This document shows positions 1-13,188 of a stretch of DNA of 64,000 nucleotides, in pieces (position 1 is the stretch's first letter; the number at the start of each line of letters is the position of its first letter). A model generated the notes under the pieces. It saw nothing but the letters and a program-made list of their open reading frames with translations. It was not told the DNA's origin and did not search any database. The translations under genes were made by a program, and so were the position numbers. Location of the stretch: NCBI GenBank assembly GCA_012295275.1, contig CM022673.1, positions 25,296,001 through 25,360,000 on the forward strand. The letters run 5' to 3'. This DNA is from Chrysomallon squamiferum. Its lineage: Eukaryota; Animalia; Mollusca.

Positions 1-1183
1 AATTTTTAATGACAACAAGCACAAATCTCCTGCTTATGCCATCCAGTTAATTGATTCAGACTTTGTGTCTGTGACCGAGTACTACAGTGACAGCTGCCTA
101 TCAGTATGTGACTAATTATATGAATAACTGCAAAAAGACATGGTTTACTATTGTGATCAGAAATTAACAATAAACACAGGTCTTGTAAACATGTATACAA
201 ATTAAATTAATTGGGATGCACATGATAAATGACAGTACATTTTCAAACCTACTCAAGCAGGAGTCTAAAATGAATCTGTATGAAATATTTTGTTAAAGAC
301 TTTGTTAAAGGTTTGTTTTATTAGAAACAGAATATCAGTGCATACATATTGATGTTTAACAATGGCTTAGATATATATTTTTGTCTCATTTTTCTTTTGC
401 AGTCTTACTTCTTTAAAGTCCCTTGCTTTGCCATAATATGTTGAGAGGGAGAAGCCATATCTCCCTATTTTTCTAGCCTAGCATCAGTCATGTCATATGC
501 TCAACATTCTGCTGCTTTGTTATCTAAGTAACATAGATACAATAATAAATATACATTCCTGCTGTTTCTTGATACCTCATTTCTGCAACCTCTTGCTTTT
601 CACACCTATTAGTAATACTGTCTTACTGTCATTCAAAAATTCTCATAGAAATTAAGAAAGGGAAAATATAATAATCATCAAAAGAATCTAATTTTTGTGC
701 TGTTTGTAAATAAAATGCCTCTATTTAGATGCAAAATGATACTCTCTAATTATTTGCTGTATTATTACTCCTGGATTGTGTGTTGCTGCTTTGAGTTTAA
801 CAAATACACATGATGGCTAACATGATACACAGTACACAAATATGATGATTATGAAAATGTATTCATGTCCATGAATACACAAGTGAAAAGGCTTTGTAGA
901 TTTACATTATGAGGAAGCATTGATGATGCTCACTACTTCATCCATTATGAATCATAATTAGACTCGCTGAAATTTTACAGAATGCCAATTACTGTCCATG
1001 CAAATATAATACAAATGGCTAGCCAAAGAATACTATGCAGGGTTCATTCTACATGCAACAACACACCAAATTAACTGCTAGCAAATAAAAACACATTTTC
1101 ATGCAAAAACAATGGTAAAGAGTAGTTATAATAAGAATTAAAAAAATATATTTCGACTCTCAGGTATTTAACTTTACTAAATT

Positions 1184-1184
1184 T

Positions 1185-1235
<51 letters not shown>

Positions 1236-1236
1236 T
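1184..1236. repeat. (TTTA)n microsatellite
   Basis: Direct observation. Confidence 0.9.
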
Positions 1237-2215
1237 AATAAAACCAAAATCATTATGTGAATTTCCTCAACTTTCATTCAGAATTATACCATTTATTTTT
1301 TGTTCCTTTTGTTTAATCAGCATTATGTATGTAACAGGTATATTATATCATATATTTTACATGTCTTTCTTTTGTTGTTTTAGAACAGGAATCAAGATAG
1401 GTGTTTGTCTACTGTTCTGACTCACTTTCTTCCTTTTCTTTCTTTTTTGTAACATTATTGCAGTTCAATAATTAATAAAGTAAACAATAGGTTGATATAG
1501 TTTTGGGTAATATAAAAAAACGAACAGTAGTAAAAATGTGAATGCAAGTGTTAGCATTGTGCACAATGATTTTTTGAATTTAATACTGAAATATATTGTT
1601 TTATCCTTATTAACTGTCTTTCATTATATAAAGCAATGAATTAAAAAAAAATTTTTTTTTTTTTTAAATAACCTAACTGGCTGGTTTGTCTGTATCTGTA
1701 AGAATAATTTTGGTTGATAAATCAATAAATAAGACAGAATCTCCATTACACATGAGAATTATTCAGCCCCAAACTAACATTGCTGTTTTCATTCATGCAG
1801 TGTATTGATTAGAATGCATCAGCTTCCAGACCTTCGAAGCTGCAGATCAGACAAAAAAATAGAAAAAAGAAAGAAAAGGGAAGAACAAAAAAGGTTAAAT
1901 GGCATTGTTGAGACTTCTTAAGATCAGCTGTAATGAATTTCAAACTGTATAAAAATAGATTTAAAATTAAAGACAGCGCTAACTCTGAATAAAAGACTGA
2001 TCAAAGATAAGTTTTAATAATTATTCTGTCATGAAACACCAATTTTATGTGAACAAAATCTTGGTTAATATTAAATGTCACTTTTTGGTTATATTTTGAA
2101 ACTGTCTTGTTAATAAATAAATTGAAAAAAATTAAGACGTTCTTCATAAATTCTCTCACAGGAACTAGATCTGAATCCTTAATTTATTTAAAATACTCTC
2201 ACCATTTTTAATATT

Positions 2216-2233
2216 TTATTTATTTATTTATTA

Positions 2234-2286
<53 letters not shown>
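2216..2286. repeat. (TTA)n microsatellite
   Basis: Direct observation. Confidence 0.9.
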
Positions 2287-2288
<2 letters not shown>

Positions 2289-2371
2289 TTAATTCTATTT
2301 TCAATTTTTTTTGAGTATTACTCAAAAAAAGTTCATTCACCTAAGAGCATAACTTGAAAAATCATTATGAA

Positions 2372-2473
2372 TATTCTTTGAATAAAAAAGTGTGGGTGAA
2401 AAAAAGAAAGGCACTAGAATGATAAATTGCATTGCAGTCAGTTTTTTCAGCCCACTTTTTTTTTCAAAGGATA
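2372..2473. repeat. Imperfect inverted repeat of about 33 bp, likely a MITE remnant
   Basis: TTCTTTGAATAAAAAAGTGTGGGTGAAAAAA pairs with TTTTTTCAGCCCACTTTTTTTTTCAAAGGA. Confidence 0.45.
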
Positions 2474-2934
2474 TAAACTTGAACCTTAAACAACTATTGT
2501 AAATAAATTTCGTAAATCTGTTCCATCAAAGCAATTAATCATAAGGTGGTAACAACTCTGAAAAATTAGTTCTCTTCATCCCTATTTTGGTTGTTTCCTT
2601 TAAGATATTTTATAGATTAGTGGTTTGATGTCAATCGTTAATTGTACAGACGGAAGCAATAATTAGTTTCAGAGAAAGCTTATAATTTATCCGTTGACAT
2701 ATTCAACATATACCATTAAAAGAAACGTTTACTCTGAAGAAAAACAGCATTTCAGCCATTCTGTACTAGTGCCAAAACCATCATACTATGTTTACATATG
2801 TAAAATTACTATTAGTGTTCAATATTGTTTGTTTTTTTTCCTTTCTTTTTTTCTATAATAATGATAAAAAAAAAAAAAATTATAAATTTATATTGGGATT
2901 TGCCAGCAAAGATGCCTATTTACTACTAATAATA

Positions 2935-3275
2935 AAGATTGAGAATTCAATATTCAAAATGCTTAGGACCCAAAAATGTTTCAGATTTTGGAATTTGTCA
3001 TGTTTTGAAATGTAGTCTGTAGGATCTAAAAACAGTTCCATTTATATTTCATATATATTCAGCAAACAGAAACAGACACACACACACATATATATATATA
3101 GATAAATATAGACAGATATAGTTATAGCTATATAATATGTGTTACAATTTTTTGCATAAAATAAAGTTTATGTGTGAAAAACAATCTGAAAACTGTAAGA
3201 CATCACTATTTTGGAAAGTTTCAAATTTAGCAACTTTTTGGATTTTGGAAAATCACATGAGGAATCCTCAACCTA
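2935..3275. mobile_element. Non-autonomous Tc1/mariner pogo/Tigger-type MITE (Tigger4/Zombi-like)
   Basis: TA flanks at 2933-2934 and 3276-3277; degenerate TIRs AAGATTGAGAATTC...GGAATCCTCAACCTA; subterminal (G/A)ATTTTGGA repeats; internal CA/TA microsatellite. Confidence 0.7.
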
Positions 3276-6200
3276 TAATATGAATGGCAATAACTGTATA
3301 TCTATCAGGAAACATCTCATACTGTATGAAGAAAATGTTACAGGTTTATTTTACATACTGAGGAGGAAAATATCATTTGTTGTGTGTAGATTTACTAAAA
3401 TGGACCTGTTTTTTGTCAAATCATAAAATGAAATTTTATTTCCACAAGAAAGGAAATGTTACAATAAACTGAATAAATGTTATTTCATCTTTCAAATAAA
3501 ATTACTTATATGATTTGAGAATTCTAGAGAATTTTCTTTGTATTTTTATCCAAAAGTATTTTCCATGAATTTTACATTATTATACACAATAAATCAAATT
3601 TTGTTTTTCCAAAATGTATAATATATATATATCCTATGATTAACAAAACTACCATTCACGGATACTTGAACATGAAGCTACTGTATATGCATCATCAGGT
3701 TTTGAATAATATATATTAATTTTTATATCTGTCAACAAGATAAATAAAAATCAATGTTAAATAGGTCTCATCTTTCATTAAAAAATGGATGATAAACTAT
3801 AGTTATTATACATATTTAAGTATGTAATTAAAAAGATATTAAAAAAAAGAAGAAAAAAAAGAAGAGATTTTTAAACCTGAGATAAAAAAAGATAATAATA
3901 AATTCAAGGCACAGACATTTTTTTTTAATTTATAATGCTTATATAGAATATGTAAAATGTCTTCATTTTCTATACATTTCAGTTTCATTTGAAACAAAAT
4001 TTATATTCTGTACATTAAAACCATCTAAATGTAATTTATGAATTTGTTTCTAATGATTAACCTGTGCTAATATTATTAATAAAGTTTATTTGATTACTAC
4101 AATAAAAATAAAATTTGTCTCAACTAAATGTTTTGTCAAAAATGTATACCTACTGTCTTGTAGTGACAGATAGAATAAAAATTACATAGAACCATGATAC
4201 TGAAACTGGCAGTACACAAGAAGAAGTAAACAGTAATAACAAAATACTTTCACTGCTATTTCATTCAATAAATAAAATCAGTACTGGCCAAAACTGTCAC
4301 ATACAACATTCAAAAAAATTATATATTACATCTGGATCTGTTTTCTTTTGAACACACATTATATTTAAATTTACATAAAAAACGGACACCAATATATTTT
4401 TACTGGAGTCCATATTCTGTTAGTTTTATTCTATTAGAGGCTCAGGAAATTGTTTCCCCAAGATTTGGTATCTACATTCAGTCCAAAATGTGGATCCAAA
4501 GTCTTATAATGTTACTCTATGCAAAGCTGATAGATTCCCTCATTTGCTTTTCCAAGGACTTTAGGAAATTGTTTAAAACAGCATTAACCAATGGCTTTTG
4601 ACAGTTGCTCAGAGAAACAGCTGTACTGTTGTAAATTCTACATTTTTGTTCATAAGGTAAAATCACCAGAACATAAATAAAAATTAAAAAATGAAGAAAA
4701 GTAGTACTTATGTTAAATGTTAAAAACTTGACATTACTGGCTCCAACCCAGATCAGTGTGGAAAGATATTTAAGTCAGTCAAGACACTCGTGTTTCTGTC
4801 AGTATCCCATCTCACAAACATATGTAAGATGAAAAACTTCTCCTTTACACATTTCAATTAATATACACAACTGCTTGTGTATATTATCTTAGCACCTTTC
4901 CAATATGTAATACGGTTTCAGTATTTTTATAGTGTTAATGTTTTGCCAAAGATTCTGAAATGTTTAAGCATTCATATGTAGATTATGTATCAAATTTATC
5001 CTAAGTCTTTGAAATAAAAAAATTATGAAATTTGCAAACAGAGATAAACAATCCATATCTAAAATAAAATGAAGAAAAATAAAATCCTTCAGAAATGAAC
5101 CTCTGATATAAAGCATCTCTTATATTTTTAATTTAATTATGGAGAGCCTACTAGAGGTATATTTAGATATTAATTTGCACATATTTTCAGTTTTATTGAT
5201 GTTTCTTTACAAATACACCTAGTTTTTTTGTTGATTTTGTTTTGGTTTTTTAAGTAGTTTTATTTATTTATTATTATTATTTTTTAAAACTTCAAAATTT
5301 AGATAATTTTAATTTCCTAAGTAGTTGTTATTTTAAATGTTATTATTATTAGTAGTATTTTTTGTAACACTGGAAGAACTATTTGTTATTTACCATTAGT
5401 TAGAAAAAGATTAATTTTTAATTTTAATTTATGCATAAATCACTAAAAGATTTATTTTTAAAAATCACAAATGTTCCTAACTGTTATGATTTTCTTTCCT
5501 TTTCTATTTTTAAAATGAATTAAATTCATTTTTATTTTGTATGTTACCTATAGTAATAACAGAAATAACTTCTATTTATAAATATCAGCCTTACCAGTGT
5601 GAAACATTAACCTTATTTGCCATGATCATTTACAATATTGAGTTAATTACAGTTAAAAGAAATGTGATAAATTTACATTACTAAGTAAATAATTAGGGCT
5701 GATGGGATTAAGTATAAACACATGTCTGGTTAATCTGACTTAAACAGTCCAAATATTCCTAATGATATTTTAATTAGATGTTAGCTTACATTAATGATAT
5801 TATCAAAACATGAAATAATTTATTTACTTTCTAAATATTAGCCTGTAAATTATAATATTACTAGTTTAAAAATATATTATCTTGAATCTTAATTCCTGTA
5901 ACATTTGTCCTTTGTAAAGTAACAATAGTTTTCACTTTTTATTATTTTGACACCAATTATTCAAATGCAATATGATGATAAAATTCTAATGGCAATAAAT
6001 AAAATTTTAGCTTTATTGTCTTGTATTTTTTTTATGCAATTTTTGTTTTTGTTTTTTGAATTAGATAATTAGGTTATAGCTATAATTAAACTATAAATAT
6101 CTGATATTTGTCATGTTTTCTCTTTCACTCCATCATTTTATTAATTATTTCTCTCAAATAAGAAGAATAAAAAAAGAAGATTAAACAAAGAAATTTTTAC

Positions 6201-6589
6201 AAAAAATGTCCTTAAAAATTCATAATATATAAATTGTGAATTTTATATTTCAAAATCCAAAATATTAATAAATTATGATCAGTTTACGAAAGTTACGACA
6301 TGAATCTGATAACCAGTACTAATATGACAATTCCTAAATATTTGTTCTCTGTCATGGCCATTGTTGAAATATCAATTCAGTCACATTAACAATTAATAAC
6401 AGACATAAGAATTCACGATTCACTTTATCCAATAGGGTTTTTTTTTTTTTTTTTTCAATGAAACAGTGAAAAACAATACATTAGACCAAAAATAACTATG
6501 TACTAAAAATAACCTAGGATTTATAAGTAAAATAGAGTGAATAAACTACTATTCTTATGTATACAACATCACAATTTCTAGTTTATGTG

Positions 6590-7340
6590 CCGAAGTCGAC
6601 GATCGATTGAGAACGGCCAACTTACTTAAAATAGGAGCGTTTTTCTGTTAGGGAAAATTGCAGACCTCAAGATTTTGACAGTTCTACTCACCTGTCTGGC
6701 CTTTTCCAAGCGTTTTTTCGAGGCGATATGGTCCTACATATAATTCCTCCTTGTGAGAATGGGACATGATCACCGTACAATCCACCAAATGCCTGTTACC
6801 GATCACAAATTCATCCTGTCGTCAGTTCGCAAATATTTTTCCCTGTTTCCTCGCAGCTGCATCTAGATCAATATGCGCTCTGCCATGATCTGAAAATGCG
6901 AAATCGGTGTGGAGATGTCGCTACTTCCAGGATGCATCCGGCCAACTCTGGCCTCTTCAGGTCTTAAAAATGAAATTAGTAACGACTACTTTTTAAGCGT
7001 TTTAATTATCTTGGCCATTTGTAAAGAAATTTTGGACGTGGAAACAAAGAAAATAATATATCCATCTACAGAAACTGCAAACTGACACCAAATGTTCCCG
7101 GCACATGAATCATCCAAGAAGCAGGTGACTACCAGAGCCACCTGGTGGCATTTCTTCGAGCTGCGAAAGGGGAGTTGATTATGGTCCTCGCATGTTTGTA
7201 ACAATAGATGAAACAAAATGTATAATAATAAAGATAAAATTTTAATAATAGCCAACAATTTCAAATTTCACTACAGTCTAGCATTTCAACATTAACTGCT
7301 AACGTTGTTTTACGTACAGGAATCTAGCCAAACGCAACGA
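6590..7340 (-). promoter_or_regulatory. CpG-retaining promoter/5'UTR region of BRSK
   Basis: Visible local rise in GC and CpG density relative to the CpG-poor flanks, surrounding the BRSK start codon. Confidence 0.55.
6692..6767 (-). CDS. BRSK2: First coding exon of BR serine/threonine kinase (BRSK1/2, SAD-1 family); the rest of the gene lies left of the window, so 1-6691 is presumably intron 1
   Basis: Translates MSHSHKEELYVGPYRLEKTLGKGQT-G, matching the BRSK/SAD N-terminal kinase start YVGPYRLEKTLGKGQTG. It is 76 nt and ends in a phase-1 donor G|GTGAGT at 6691. Too short for the ORF track. Confidence 0.93.
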
Positions 7341-10300
7341 GAGTATGACTTACTATGACAATTTCATTGCCCTTAAACTAAGAAATGTCACCATTAGCAT
7401 TTAAAAGAAAACTCATAGGTGATATGATAACAGTAAATCCTTGGAGTACCTGTAATAATATTCCATTCCACTCAAGCAGCCCTAGTATGTGGTTTCCCGA
7501 CTTAGGAAAGTTCATACACAATATTTATTAACCACAATGAGTGTGCTCTTTCAGATTTATTAAAATGTGGAATTAGTTTCTTAGTGTGCTTACAGATTAC
7601 ATGCATGCATTTTTAGGCCTATATTTGTATTTCCATTGACCATCATGTTATAAACTGTTAAGAAAACTGTATGTTTCGAATAAGCTAAAAATATGTTGCC
7701 AAGTATACTGTTTATACTTATAATTTCAGCAGTTCACTCCTTCTCATGTGTAGATCTTGGGGAAAAGGTTTATTCACAGATTCTGAAGCAGACATAGTCA
7801 TAATGATTGAAAACATTATTTGTACATATTTTTATGTTAGTTCTTTATGTTTTTATCTTCACAACACTGGGATTATAGCTTTTTATAGATAAACCTCTAG
7901 TGACAACTTTACAAACTGCATGCCATTGTAAAATAGCTTAGTCTCCACCCATAAACCATTATGGGATATTATTACATCAATTACGGAACAGCTGTATACA
8001 AAACAACAGGAAAGCTTTATTATGATCCATAATGCCTCCGTCATGATGTAGAACACACCTGAAATGAAGTGTGGAACTAATATAAGGAACTCTAATAATT
8101 TAGCTAATTTAAAGAAGCACTTTCTGATTTATCCTAACCTGTCTGAAGGATTTCTGCACTGGTTTTTCTTGTGACCAATGACAATGCTGGTATAGATTTC
8201 ATTCAGTTTCAAAAATGGGTTTTAGGAACCCAAAAATGGGTGTTTGGAAGACAGGAATAGATGTTGTAAGCTGAGTGTTTTCATTATCATTTGTTTCTTC
8301 ACTGATCTGAAGTTGCTGTCTTTTAAAGTATCTCAGTGAACTGAAATTTATACATATTTGATAGTGATATATATTCAAATATTTCAGTTTGCAGTTTTTC
8401 TTTGTTTATCAAATGATAGGACTTTATACTAGAACAGAACTTGGACATAGTTCTCCTGCACATGCCCCTCACTAGTTACAGTTGTCTTGCATTTACAATT
8501 TATTATGAATAATATTGTTTCAGTATTATTATTCCTTCGTTTTACTGGTCTTATATGTAAATTATATCAAAATATGTCAAAAATGTTCCTTTTTCTGTTT
8601 ACTGTACTATCAGCATAATATTTTTAATGCATTAGTTGATTTTTTTTCCAACTAAAAGGAAATAACAAAAGTAATTTTGATTGCCATTTCATTATTTCAT
8701 ATACCAGAACATTCTGGGCTAATTATCTCTGTCATCTTGTAATTAGGCTGCTGTTAATGGTAGCATGACAGTAATAGGATCAGTTCTCTTTAATACACTG
8801 AGTAAATTATTTTTCTAATCAGTGCTTTCCTGAGTGTAGCAATGGTATATATATATCAATATTCTTTGCTGCTAATTGACGAATAGCTCATCAAATGTTA
8901 AAACAGCATCACTGTACAAAGGCTTTTATTACATCTAGCACCTAAAAACTGTTAATGTGTTGAAGATTAAATTGAAGAGTTATGTAATTTGTGTGTACAA
9001 AATAAAATTTAAAGGAACAAAGAAGGAAGCTTTGCAATGTTATGATCAAGTAAACCTCTTACCATTTTTACTGGTTAATGACTTTTATATGAATATTCTC
9101 ATGACTAGAGCATCCAGCTATAGACGATGACTGAAACATTTGTTAGTACTTTAAAACAATAAAACAATAAAACTGATACATTGAACAATTTTATTTCATA
9201 GCAAGTATCTACATTCATTTATGTTAATATTAATTACACATCTTGCACCGCAGCACAAAAACATTCGTACATGTTCTGAAACGGCAACATTTTATGTAAA
9301 CAGTTTCTAAACTATGTATTTCATGTAAATCTTTGTAGGTAATTTTATAATTCATCAAATTCATCATTCAAAAAAGGATTAGAATACTTTCATTTCATTT
9401 TAAAGAAATATTTTATATACATCTATGTTTGTTAGGTGTAAAAAAAATTACTTTATATTTATGATCCCAGTATGAACTAAAGATGTAATTACACATCTAG
9501 TCACATACACATAAAAACACAAACTATCTATCTGTTAATGCCATTTAGTCTAATATTTCATGAAATCTTATTTATAATAAATTATGTTCAAACCAGATGT
9601 AGATATGACATATGGTAATTTTTGTAATGTCTTAAATACTTCAAATGTGAAGAGTGTTTAATTTCTGAAAGGACTTCATGCAAGTTCCTTTAGAACCACT
9701 GGTGAAATATAAAATGCATGCCAGATGAAATAAAATAACGCTGATGCATTTTAAATACACAGAATATGACATCTATATCAGAATAAAAACGATCATTAAT
9801 GATACTTATTTGTGAACTTTTTAAAATGACTCTCAAATTTAAATTAAATAACATTCATCAAACTTTTGAAACTGAATTAATGAAAGGTTTGTGTGGAGTG
9901 TGGATTCAACATTAAACAGCAGAGAGCAAATCATGACAGAAAGGTAGCAAAAGCACAACATTTTCATGGTAAAAACACACAAATGTGAAACTGAATATAT
10001 ACTAAAACTCATCTACTGTGAGTGAGAACATGTTATAGTTCAAATGTTAGGAGGTCTGTCTGTGGCATTACTGGTCACTGAATCAATCTTTTTTTGGTGG
10101 GCCCGTTGAACATTTGGCATTCAAACTAGTGCCCAAAGACTGATTTCTTGGAATGTCCTTCAACAAGAAAAGGACATAAAGTAGTGATATTTAATTCTCT
10201 GAAGTAGTTAAAAGAAGAAGAAAATAAACAAATAAAATCATCCTCAGAACTCACACCTCATACCTGATTATCGGTTTTTGCAGACAAATGTATTAATAAA

Positions 10301-12739
10301 CATAAAAAGAATGATGACCTCTGCAGATTTAAGGAAGTAAATAAAATGTATATTTTGGAATTCCCACTTAATTGGTTAACAACTTCAAGTCAAATCCATT
10401 ATTTCACTGATATGCTTAAAAATGACCTGTAACGATCTGTCAATGTTGTATATTCTCCCCTTACATATAGATGTATAAAAATTGTAAGAGATAATAAAAT
10501 AATTAGTAGCGCTTTAGAAAATGTAATGTAGAATGTCAAACAACACTCTGAGATCAAAATGTTTCAGTCTGAATGTTCATTTTTGTATTATAGTATATAT
10601 TTTTATACCTACCCAAAAATGCTAATAATACTAATAATTAACATGTTCTTGTTTATCCTGATTCATCAGTTTTATAATACATTATCAAAATTATAAAGCT
10701 TAGATTTAACTTTGAAATAAAAAAGCCTGCACTCTTGAACCGATGGTTCACTTCACAAATCAATGTTTAAAATAGTGTTAAAATACAACTCAGAAAATTA
10801 ACATTTGCTTTAATTTGTAACAACTGTAACTTGTGACCAGGTAAAACAAAATTACTGTACAAATATGGAAGTGACAATAGACTGAATATAGTTTAAAAAA
10901 TCCTGTTCCACAATACAAACATTTTACAAATTTGGCTTGAATCACAAATATGTAACCGTCAAGAAATACATATATCCATCAGTATTATTCTTATAGTCTG
11001 GTTTTTCTAAATTAAAAAAAAACAACAGTATTACCTGCTTTCCTACTGCATCCAGTATAAACTATTAAAATTAATTTTCTGTAAAAGGGATCAATATCAA
11101 AGTTTGAAAACATTTTTATTTAAGACAATAAACTCACAAATCTGACTATTAAACACAATTAAACAAAAACAAAACAACTAGGATTATCCATAAACAACAA
11201 TGCACCAGACACATTTAAGTTAAAAATAATATTTACCATTTTCACAAAATGCACTTTGTGCCATTTAATAATAAATACAAAATGATTTTATTGTACTTAA
11301 AAAATAACTAAGATTGTTTATTTCTCTCCAACACAACACAACAAATTAATAATAATATTTTAAACCTGTATTTTTAACATTTTGGTTTTCCTTTTTCTTT
11401 TCTTTAATTTTTTTGCAATGTGAACTATAAATAATAGTCTGTTTAAAAATAATAATAAAAAAAAAAAAAAAAAAAAAAAAAATATGTTTAAGCAGACAAA
11501 ATTCTGACATATCTGCCTACAGCTGATAAATAAACTTTATATTAACTACTGAAATTCCTAATTATCTTTTTAAAACATGATCAAAGGAAAAAGAATAATT
11601 ATATATTTATAAACTGCATTATGAATAAATTTCTAATCAGAAATATAAATTACAGAAGAATCATACAAGTGATTTTAGCAAAATTATTTAAACTTATAAA
11701 CCCAAAAAAAAAAAAAAAACACCAAAAAAAAAAAATTACTTAAAAGTTTTGTCCAAAATAGTTTCTACAGCATTTTATATAATATATTAATACAAACTAA
11801 CCTGTATTTGAATTTTTAAACAGGTATAAAACTATGACATTTGAAAATAAGAACCCGCTACAGTACTGGATATTTATCTCTTTTAGAACATCTGATACTG
11901 GCAAACATTTTTTCTAAAACAAAAATTTCAACATCCAACTAAACTGGAGCCCCATCATTCATACTATCAAATGCCAATTTCCAGATGGTATGTGGGCTCA
12001 GAATTCAAAATACCATTTTAAGACTAAAAACACAATTCATAACTTTGAGCCATTAATAATAATAATTACAAAGTTCATGCTCATCACAAATAAATGTCAT
12101 TAAAAACAAATACACATGATTTTAAATGACAAAACATTCTTTTTCTTCTTTTTTTTAATTTTTTTTTTTACTTGGTTTTACATATAAAGTTAAAATCTAA
12201 ATAACTAACAATGTATAAATATTAAAACAATTATTTATATATGTGTGTGTATGTATGTTTCTGAAATAATTACAAACTGAAATGACATTCGTAACTGATT
12301 TTTAAAAACAAAATTTACATGATTATGTTATTTCACTCAAAACTAAAATAATTAAAACTGAAGAAAATGAAAAAAAAACAGCAAAATATTGTTTTAGGAA
12401 AAATAACAGTTTTACAAAGGTACATTCCTGATCATGATTTACTATTTTTTCCTCAATATCTGATAATTAGATAATTATTAGTGTTAAACAATACCAATCT
12501 GAAACAAAATTTCTTTTCTGTTATAATATTTTACAATTAAAACAAATTTGTACAATAGAGGCATAATTTCTTTTAAAAATTTCATTTCAGTAAATCTGTT
12601 TGGGTCTTTGATATCCCATTTCATAATTTAAAGAAATATCAAATTAATAATGTGGTGAAATTCACATTAATAATATTCATTCTGGTCAATTTATTTTCTC
12701 ATATTTAATTAAAATTACTGCTTAATGACTTGGCAGTGC

Positions 12740-12771
<32 letters not shown>

Positions 12772-13188
12772 GGCAAAATATATTCTGCATGCTTGTATTG
12801 AATTCACACAAAAGAAAATATAAATTTTTATGTAATGAGAAAAACAGAAAAGATATAGGAAGAAGACAGGAGAGAAAGTTAAGATAAAATATTTTGCACA
12901 TCTAAATAACTTTCATGAAATTTTCTGGTTTTTTATTACATTATGGTTGCCAACAATATTTTTCAATTTATTTTATTTTTTCATATTTTATATATATATA
13001 TTTTTAAAATTTATTTATATAAACAAGTCCAGTAATAGAGAAAAATGTATCCTTTATCAGATCCTATCTTAATAAAATTGTCTGCCCTTCAGTTTTAACC
13101 AAGAGGCTATTAAACTTCACATTTAAAACTCATGCCAGCCCGTTGTTTTAATGTCATTTTTCATTAATATCACAAGGGCCTGCTTGGC

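Noticed and set aside
4859-4886. Perfect 12-bp inverted repeat with a 4-nt loop
   Set aside because: AT-rich and isolated; plausible by chance or local template switching.
6986-7264. 92-aa ORF with hydrophobic start upstream of BRSK
   Set aside because: Non-ATG start in an AT-rich tract, no recognisable homology; lies in the BRSK promoter/leader.
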